From a bacterium (GTDB lineage Bacteria; JAHJDO01), in contig JAHJDO010000103.1 in NCBI GenBank assembly GCA_018812485.1, forward strand, positions 3,929-67,928: a stretch of 64,000 nucleotides of DNA, read 5' to 3'. The notes beneath the pieces were generated by a model. That model saw nothing but the letters and a program-made list of their open reading frames with translations, did not search any database and was not told the origin of the DNA. Shown in pieces: positions 57,427-64,000 of this stretch (position 1 is its first letter; every line of letters starts with the position of its first letter). A program made the position numbers and the translations under genes.

Positions 57427-58806
57427 TTAGTCAGCCTGCCTCCAAGTTTTTACTAAGATTCTGTTTCCCTCAACCTTCTCAACAACAATCTCGGCTCCTT
57501 CTTCAATAAAATCTCCGTCAGTCATTACGCTCCATAGTTTATCGTCTATCATTGCCTTGCCTGCCGGTCTGAGGTTTGTATGAGCAACCCCTCTCTTTCC
57601 AACCAGAGTATGCATCTCAGTAGATGAAGCGTTAAATCCGTTTTTCTGTTTTTCTGAGGCAGACAGAGCAAGCTGACTCCATAATCCTTTACTCTTGGGA
57701 AGATATTTTAACAGCAGAGCAAATACTGTTCCTGAGGCTAAAATTGCACCACTGATTGTATAAAGAGCATTGTTTAATAAATTAAATTCCCAGGAGAATT
57801 TGGGTATGGGCTGTTTTACAAGCGCGAGATATATTCCTGCCAGAATACAGAGCAGTCCGCCTGAGCCAACAAATCCAAATCCAGGTGTTATAAATAATTC
57901 AGTAAATAACAGCACAACCCCTATAATGAATAGAACTATATCCATAATATTTGCAAGTCCCACAATATAATGGCCCCAGAAAAACAATACCAAAAATACT
58001 ACGCTTATAGTTCCCCCAACTCCCCATCCAGGCGTTTTTATTTCAAACAGTAGTCCTAAGAATCCAAGTGTTAAAAGTAATGAGCTCACAATAGGATGTG
58101 TTAGAAATCTGACAACATGTTCTGCCCAGTTAGTACGAGTTTTTTTGATACTAAATTTATCCAGATTAAATAACCTCAATATCTCTTTAATGGACTTTGC
58201 CTCGTTTTTTGCAAGACCTATCTTTACAGCTTCAGAACCTGTGAGTGTAAGTAATTTACCTTTTTGTATTATCTTCTTAACTTCAATGTCCTGATCAACC
58301 ATTGCCTCTGCTAATTCTGTGGAATGATTGTTCTGTTCCGCTGCTGCTCTGAATGCTGAGCGCACAAAGGATATTTCTTTCTCACCTGTTTTTTCCTGAC
58401 TCATACCAGCAAAACCAATTTTAACAGGAGAGGCTGCGCCTATCATACTGCCAGGGGCAACAATTATATGTTTACAAGATAATGCAATAAGCGCCCCTGC
58501 GGATATTGCTCTTGGATTCACATACGCGATAGTAAGCATCTTGAGATTCGAGAGAGAGTCTTTTATATCTACGGCTGCATCAACCCTGCCTCCGTATGTC
58601 TCAATATCCAGAATTACTGCCTTAGCACCTGCTTTTTCTGCTTCCTGAACTGAACGTTTAACAAAGCTTGCAAGTCCCAGATCAATTATCCCATGAACAG
58701 GGATAACATAGACATCCCCGTCTTCAGCATGTAAAAATTGATGATATGGGCATATTAAAGTAATAAATAGCAATAATAAGATAAAACTTGGTTTAAATTT
58801 CCTCAT
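57427..58806 (-). CDS. NfeD-family membrane-bound serine protease (ClpP-class), long form
   Basis: It has a signal peptide, a ClpP-like domain (IPVHGIIDLGLASFVKRSVQEAEKAGAKAVILDIETYGG), TM helices and a C-terminal NfeD OB-fold (RPAGKAMIDDKLWSV). Its stop overlaps the start of the next gene. Confidence 0.75.
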   Translation of the reverse strand: MRKFKPSFILLLLFITLICPYHQFLHAEDGDVYVIPVHGIIDLGLASFVKRSVQEAEKAGAKAVILDIETYGGRVDAAVDIKDSLSNLKMLTIAYVNPRAISAGALIALSCKHIIVAPGSMIGAASPVKIGFAGMSQEKTGEKEISFVRSAFRAAAEQNNHSTELAEAMVDQDIEVKKIIQKGKLLTLTGSEAVKIGLAKNEAKSIKEILRLFNLDKFSIKKTRTNWAEHVVRFLTHPIVSSLLLTLGFLGLLFEIKTPGWGVGGTISVVFLVLFFWGHYIVGLANIMDIVLFIIGVVLLFTELFITPGFGFVGSGGLLCILAGIYLALVKQPIPKFSWEFNLLNNALYTISGAILASGTVFALLLKYLPKSKGLWSQLALSASEKQKNGFNASSTEMHTLVGKRGVAHTNLRPAGKAMIDDKLWSVMTDGDFIEEGAEIVVEKVEGNRILVKTWRQAD

Positions 58807-58813
58807 TCCTATT

Positions 58814-59728
58814 CTATCCTTTAATATCTCTCAGGTCTCTAAACATCAGAACATAAACCGCTGAGGAGGTTATCATTACTAAACCTGCTGGTATTTGTAA
58901 AAGTGGAGTACAAAGTCTATAAGAAAGTTTCAAGCCAAATTTTAATATGGCAAACAGAATACCAAATGGTACATATATACATATTCCATATACGATTCCG
59001 CATACAAGCGGCGCACCAAGCACATACCACCAATTGCCTTTTACAAGCTGTTTACTCCTTTTTAGAGCAGCGATACCTCCAATTCCTTCAATTATGCGCA
59101 CATAACCAGCGAGAGAGAACCATACAGCAAATATAATTCCAGGGATAATTAATAGTAAAAGTCCTCCAGCTACTGCCATGAATACGAGAGCACTTACCCA
59201 CAAATATGGGAAGAATTTCTTGAAACCTGTTTTGTAGGATTCTTTAATATCTGCAGGACTGCCTTCAAGAATATTATTTATTGCAAAAATTAATCCTATG
59301 GCAGTAATCAGTGAGATGATAATTGTTACGGGGAATGTTAATGCTCTAAAAATAACTGATAAATATCCCATTCCAGTTGCAACTACCAGATAAAGGGCAA
59401 CGATTCCGAGAAGAGTTGCTATATTGTTCTTTATTACTGACCAGCTTATTTTCAGTAGTTCTCCAATTCCCATGAGCTCTTTTGTCTGTGTAGTTTCTTG
59501 AGGCTCTACAGGCGGAGCAGTCTCTCCTTCCACAGTAGGAAAAGCATTTTTAAGTTCACCTACTGAGGATGCTGCAACCCAATCCTCCATGCCCGGTCCT
59601 TTGATAAGATCTAAAGGCTGGACTCTTTTCTCCGCGATCCATTTCTTAAGGGTCTCTAAGTCTACAGGCCCATACTCTTTACCATCATGCGCTTTTACAT
59701 ACCACTGCGAGGAACTTTCATTGTTCAT
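58814..59728 (-). CDS. Membrane protein with an N-terminal DUF4339 (GYF-like) domain
   Basis: The N-terminus WYVKAHDGKEYGPVDLETLKKWIAEKRV fits the DUF4339 pattern. It is followed by four to six TM helices. Confidence 0.5.
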   Translation of the reverse strand: MNNESSSQWYVKAHDGKEYGPVDLETLKKWIAEKRVQPLDLIKGPGMEDWVAASSVGELKNAFPTVEGETAPPVEPQETTQTKELMGIGELLKISWSVIKNNIATLLGIVALYLVVATGMGYLSVIFRALTFPVTIIISLITAIGLIFAINNILEGSPADIKESYKTGFKKFFPYLWVSALVFMAVAGGLLLLIIPGIIFAVWFSLAGYVRIIEGIGGIAALKRSKQLVKGNWWYVLGAPLVCGIVYGICIYVPFGILFAILKFGLKLSYRLCTPLLQIPAGLVMITSSAVYVLMFRDLRDIKG

Positions 59729-59808
59729 AACATTTTCTCCCTTATTTTCTAAAATTAAGCATATAGCATAGTCCTCATAACTTACAAGATAAAAACCATT
59801 TCAAAACA

Positions 59809-60018
59809 TCAAATCTCTAAAATCTCAAGTGCTTTTTGGGCATCTTCTTCTTTAACTAATAATCGCGTTCCACCAGTGACCAGTGATAAACTAGGGTAAA
59901 TACCGCCACAATCATCAGTAGAAACAATAGCTTCAATATCGCCGTCTTCAAGGAAACTCTTTGCAAGCTCAGCTTCTATTCTATTATTATAATTTTTAAT
60001 ACAAATTAAATCTGCCAT
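59809..60018 (-). CDS. DUF2007-family small protein (putative signal-transducing protein)
   Basis: The protein is 69 aa. The patterns EAELAKSFLEDGDIEAIV...LLVKEEDAQKALEILE are characteristic of DUF2007. Confidence 0.5.
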   Translation of the reverse strand: MADLICIKNYNNRIEAELAKSFLEDGDIEAIVSTDDCGGIYPSLSLVTGGTRLLVKEEDAQKALEILEI

Positions 60019-60052
60019 TTTCTATTCCCTCTTTTTCTAAGAGAGGGTTGAG

Positions 60053-60511
60053 TTATATAAATTTGTTTCCCAATACTATTATTTGGAGGGTTAGATTGGT
60101 ATAGATTCCTGCAACTGCATCATCAAGCATTACTCCCCAGCCATGAGGGAGTTTCTCTGCCATCTTAGCAGGAAATGGTTTAAGAATGTCGAATATACGG
60201 AATAGTATGAAGCCTGTTATAATATAAAATGGACAAAAAGGTACCATTGCCAATGCTATGAGAATTCCAAAGACCTCATCAAGTACAAATTTTCTGCAGT
60301 CTTTTTTCCCAAATGCTTCTTCTGCTTTTTTACCAATAAGAATTCCTGTAATAAATAATAGACCAAGTATCAGAAAATATAATCCTGAGGAATAATGGCG
60401 AGATAGAATCCAATACAAGCCCAATCCTGCTAAACTACCAATAGTTCCGGGAGCGTATGGCGAATATCCAATAAAGAAAAAAGATGATATTAGTCTAATC
60501 AAATTTTTCAT
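60053..60511 (-). CDS. pgpA: Phosphatidylglycerophosphatase A
   Basis: FFFIGYSPYAPGTIGSLAG is the PgpA N-terminal motif. Size is 152 aa. Confidence 0.8.
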   Translation of the reverse strand: MKNLIRLISSFFFIGYSPYAPGTIGSLAGLGLYWILSRHYSSGLYFLILGLLFITGILIGKKAEEAFGKKDCRKFVLDEVFGILIALAMVPFCPFYIITGFILFRIFDILKPFPAKMAEKLPHGWGVMLDDAVAGIYTNLTLQIIVLGNKFI

Positions 60512-61137
60512 TGATGAGAAGCTTCTCTAATAAGATCTTTGTGCTCAATCATATACCCAATACCAGAGATGACAGAGAAGATCACTACAATACCCATGAT
60601 CCATGTTAGGAGAGAGTGCATCCAAATATCCAGTGGTTTAGCATGCCATAGGACATTTTCCCATGAATTAAACACTATCATAGTATCTCTGATGCAAAGA
60701 GCAATAAGTGTTATTATTATAGCTGTAATCTGAGAGATAGTTTTATGCTTACCAAGTAGTCCTGCAGTTATTATAATACCTTTCATAGCTGCCAGATTGC
60801 GAAGGCCTGTAATGATAAATTCTCTACTTATTATTATAACAACCATCCATGAGGGAAAGAGTTCCATGCCAATGAACACAATAAGAGCAGACGTTACAAG
60901 TAATTTATCAGCAACAGGGTCCATTAATTTGCCAAAATTGGTTATCTTCTTTTCCCTGCGAGCAATAACCCCATCAAAAAAGTCAGTAAGGGATGCCAGA
61001 ATAAAGATAAGCAATGCTAGATATTTACCAACCGCAATGTGGGTTAAGTCATTAGAAACATGGTTTATCAACAGGGCAATAATAAGAAATGGAATAGCCA
61101 GTATACGTATGAATGTTAATTTATTCGGCATGTTCAT
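60508..61137 (-). CDS. pgsA: CDP-diacylglycerol--glycerol-3-phosphate 3-phosphatidyltransferase
   Basis: NKLTFIRILAIPF is followed by the CDP-alcohol phosphatidyltransferase motif DFFDGVIAR...GKLMDPVADK. Confidence 0.85.
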   Translation of the reverse strand: MNMPNKLTFIRILAIPFLIIALLINHVSNDLTHIAVGKYLALLIFILASLTDFFDGVIARREKKITNFGKLMDPVADKLLVTSALIVFIGMELFPSWMVVIIISREFIITGLRNLAAMKGIIITAGLLGKHKTISQITAIIITLIALCIRDTMIVFNSWENVLWHAKPLDIWMHSLLTWIMGIVVIFSVISGIGYMIEHKDLIREASHQ

Positions 61138-61967
61138 TATGGTTTTTTTATCCCCTCTTTAGTTACAATAACCCCTTTAAAAACCTCTCCTTTTTTACCA
61201 AGGATAGGCATTTTTTTGCCATTCAACTCTATTACAACACCCCCTGCATTTCCTATCCTGAAAAGGAATTTCTCTTTGGCATACCATACTTTTTCATCTC
61301 CCTTATGTAATGTGCCGCCAAATAATTTTTTGCCGTCAGCAAGGATTCTAACCCATGTTTTGTCTATTGCTGTGAATTTTAATTCCAGCAGCTCGCTTTC
61401 GCTTTTAACATATTTATCAAGAGCAGATTGATTTTTTATGGCGAAAATATCTTTTTCATCGGATATGCCAGTATTTACAGAAGCAGGTTTTTTATTTATG
61501 GTTTTCTCACTAATTATGAGGCTGGTATCGTCTGTTACTAATGGTGAATCAGCTATATCTGGAGCAGAATAATCACGCGTTTCTTCAAGCGTAATTCTGT
61601 CAACAGTATTAACAAAATGTCTAACTGTAGAAATGATTGCTATGAATAATGCTAAAATTAATACTGCAGCGGAGAGAAACAATAGCTTCTTTTTTGTTTT
61701 CCCGTCCGGATTTTTTTCTCTATAGCTTTGAGAAGGTTTGGAGCATTGCTCATACTGCGTTAAGAGTTTTTCTGTATCTAAGCCAAGAAAGCTTGTATAT
61801 CCTCTTAAAAATATTCTTGCATATTCCGGGGATGGCAGACTGTCAGCAGTGTCATTCTCCAATGCTCTAAGGTATGAAGGACTTATTTTTATTTGTGTAT
61901 ATACATCTTGAAGCCTTAATTTTTTTTCAAGCCTTGCTTTTTTTAAGACTTTGCCAATAGATTCCAT
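61137..61967 (-). CDS. rodZ: RodZ-like cytoskeleton protein (XRE-type HTH, TM segment, C-terminal DUF4115-like domain)
   Basis: The N-terminal HTH reads IGKVLKKARLEKKLRLQDVYTQIKISPSYLRALEND. One TM helix follows, and the C-terminus is a beta-rich domain. The rodZ-pgsA adjacency is conserved. Confidence 0.65.
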   Translation of the reverse strand: MESIGKVLKKARLEKKLRLQDVYTQIKISPSYLRALENDTADSLPSPEYARIFLRGYTSFLGLDTEKLLTQYEQCSKPSQSYREKNPDGKTKKKLLFLSAAVLILALFIAIISTVRHFVNTVDRITLEETRDYSAPDIADSPLVTDDTSLIISEKTINKKPASVNTGISDEKDIFAIKNQSALDKYVKSESELLELKFTAIDKTWVRILADGKKLFGGTLHKGDEKVWYAKEKFLFRIGNAGGVVIELNGKKMPILGKKGEVFKGVIVTKEGIKKP

Positions 61968-61973
61968 GATTTC

Positions 61974-62243
61974 TTAAAATTTCCTTAGTTGTTTTAATAA
62001 TTTGTTTATTTTGGACTTAATAAGCACTCTATCATCCTTAAATATTCTGTATTGTTCTTTAATATAATCTGATATTTTACTTGATTCTTCCAATTTCTTA
62101 TATCTCTTATCCAACTCAAAAAGTTGCACCTGAAGAGAATTAACACTTTCCCTCAGAGTATCTCTTTCGCTTTTTATCTCCTGTATCTTTTGAAGTCTTT
62201 CCTGGATTTTTTGATCTAAAACTTCTAATTTCTCGCCCAGCAT
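61974..62243 (-). CDS. Small coiled-coil protein (possibly ZapB/ZapA-like cell-division factor)
   Basis: The protein is 89 aa and entirely heptad-like or charged. It sits between pheT and rodZ. Confidence 0.35.
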   Translation of the reverse strand: MLGEKLEVLDQKIQERLQKIQEIKSERDTLRESVNSLQVQLFELDKRYKKLEESSKISDYIKEQYRIFKDDRVLIKSKINKLLKQLRKF

Positions 62244-62247
62244 TTTC

Positions 62248-64000
62248 CTACTTTCTTAAAGTAATATCTAATTGTGATATAAGCTTACGCTCTATCCTTG
62301 AATGCGCCTGATTTACTTCCTCATCAGTAAGCGTTCTCTTATTGGAACGATAGCAAATTGAATAGGCCATACTTTTGTGTTCAGAGAGAATTTGTTTGCC
62401 GCGATATATATCAAATAGTTTTATGTCTTCAACAATCTCTCCACCAGCTTTCCACATTATGTTCATAATATCAGCATTAGATACGTTTTCTTTAATAGTA
62501 AAAGCTATGTCGCGCTCACTGGCCGGGTATTTGGGAACTGCTTTAAAAACAGGGGATAGGTTTATGTATTTTGATAAATTAGAGAACCCAATCTCAAGAA
62601 GAAACACCTTTTCATCAATGTTGTATTTCTCTAATACATTACCGCTAATTTCTCCTATTATGCCTATATTACGTCCCTGGATATCTATGCTTGCTGAGCA
62701 ATCAGAAGTAAATACTCGGTGCTTTTTATAGTATAGGCAATGGTCTTCAATCCCAAGTCTATACAAGATTGTTTCTAATATTCCCTTGATGTCAAAGAAA
62801 GAAACGTTTCCCACAATCCCACAGCATAGGTATGTTTTTTCATGATATGAAGAATTATTTTCAAAGAATACCTGCCCAAGTTCATATAATTTAATTTCAG
62901 AAAGAGACCTGTTTAAGTTTCTCTTAATTACACTCAGCATCTCAGGTATTAGGCTTGTTCTCATTATATTTTGGTCATCTCCCAGAGGATTAGTAATTTT
63001 TACTCCATCAGAAGACAGCCCCGTTTTATCTAGGTTTTCTGAGTTGGTAAAACTTGAGGTGTATATCTCGGCCATGCCACATGAAGACAGTATGTTCTTC
63101 AGAGCATCTGTTTGCTTTTCAAACTCTCCTTTGCCACATGAACTGGTTTGTCCTCGAGGCATTGTTGTATCAATGTTATTGTATCCATAGATGCGGGCAA
63201 TTTCTTCAATCAGGTCTATTTCTCGCCTAATATCCCGCCGATATGTAGGAACCAGTACCCTGATATTATTTAAACTATCCTGTTTGATTTCAAAACCCAG
63301 GTTTAGTATTATGCACTTTAACTTGTTTTTAGGTATGTCAATACCTAAGATTCGTTTTATTTGCTGGATTCTAAGTTGTATGTTTTGCTTATTGAATTTC
63401 TTTGGATAGATGTCTACAATCTCTCTTACTGATTTTCCATGTGCGGTCTTTTCTATGAGATAGGCCGCTCTATTAAGCGCAGATACAACTCCATTTGGAT
63501 CCACGCCTCTTTCAAAACGATACGATGATTCTGAAGATAACTCTAATGTTTTAGACGTCTTTCTTATGCACCCGGCATGAAAACAAGCGCTTTCTAGAAA
63601 TATATCTGTTGTTTGCTTATCTATCTCGGAACCAATGCCTCCCATAATACCTGCAATGGCAATAGGAGCTTTCTCATCTGCTATAACCAGCATATCCCGA
63701 GAGAGCTGTCTTTTGCTCTCATCCAGAGCAACAATAGACTCATTTTGTCTTGCCCTTCTTATAGTAATTTGTTTACCTGATATTTTGTTGTAATCAAATG
63801 CATGAAGAGGCTGCCCTGTTTCCATCAAAACATAGTTTGTTATATCAACAATATTATTTATAGGACGGATATTAACTGCTTTTAACCTATTTGCAAGCCA
63901 TGATGGAGAAGGCTCTATTTTAACATTGCGAATTATTCTTCCAGCATACCTGGAGCATAGGGAAGTATCCTTTATTGATACGTCTATTAATTTTTCGATT
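62248..64000 (-). CDS. pheT: Phenylalanine--tRNA ligase beta subunit (partial, with the N-terminal part beyond the window edge)
   Basis: B3/B4 and B5 domains are present (GQPLHAFDYNKI...), and the FDX-ACB C-terminal domain reads DIAF.....V. The frame stays open to the window end. Confidence 0.85.
   Translation of the reverse strand, partial: IEKLIDVSIKDTSLCSRYAGRIIRNVKIEPSPSWLANRLKAVNIRPINNIVDITNYVLMETGQPLHAFDYNKISGKQITIRRARQNESIVALDESKRQLSRDMLVIADEKAPIAIAGIMGGIGSEIDKQTTDIFLESACFHAGCIRKTSKTLELSSESSYRFERGVDPNGVVSALNRAAYLIEKTAHGKSVREIVDIYPKKFNKQNIQLRIQQIKRILGIDIPKNKLKCIILNLGFEIKQDSLNNIRVLVPTYRRDIRREIDLIEEIARIYGYNNIDTTMPRGQTSSCGKGEFEKQTDALKNILSSCGMAEIYTSSFTNSENLDKTGLSSDGVKITNPLGDDQNIMRTSLIPEMLSVIKRNLNRSLSEIKLYELGQVFFENNSSYHEKTYLCCGIVGNVSFFDIKGILETILYRLGIEDHCLYYKKHRVFTSDCSASIDIQGRNIGIIGEISGNVLEKYNIDEKVFLLEIGFSNLSKYINLSPVFKAVPKYPASERDIAFTIKENVSNADIMNIMWKAGGEIVEDIKLFDIYRGKQILSEHKSMAYSICYRSNKRTLTDEEVNQAHSRIERKLISQLDITLRK

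Overview
Low-GC (~37%) bacterial chromosomal segment, gene-dense with short or overlapping gene junctions. Most of it is housekeeping: coaD, typA, priA, a glycine cleavage operon gcvT-gcvH-gcvPA behind a tandem glycine riboswitch, purN-tyrA-aroA-cmk-plsC-rpsA, icd, an aconitase, pfk, tkt, holA, ispH, an NfeD-NfeD-floA membrane-microdomain operon, pgpA-pgsA-rodZ, pheT, and one tRNA-Met(CAT). The gene content points to a PVC-superphylum-like organism (for example Omnitrophota, Lentisphaerota or Planctomycetota): a DUF1559 H-X9-DG pseudopilin, a giant LamG-domain secreted protein, many xylose-isomerase-like TIM-barrel and Gfo/Idh/MocA genes, and URO-D-like proteins. Accessory or unusual parts are (i) a 12-kb minus-strand glycan-utilisation-like locus at 13-24.7 kb; (ii) an 8-kb minus-strand cluster at 34.2-42.3 kb holding TIM-barrel isomerases, Gfo/Idh/MocA oxidoreductases, URO-D-like proteins and an AraC regulator, with a 39-bp direct repeat flanking one gene; (iii) an orphan corrinoid (B12-binding) protein at 3.9 kb; (iv) a high-GC two-gene insertion (alsD plus a DUF3750-like gene) at 49.7-51 kb; and (v) a shared promoter motif with leaderless-like architecture upstream of typA and priA. 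I saw no CRISPR array, transposase, integrase or phage gene. Coordinates come from the supplied ORF track, with start codons refined by inspecting ribosome-binding sites.
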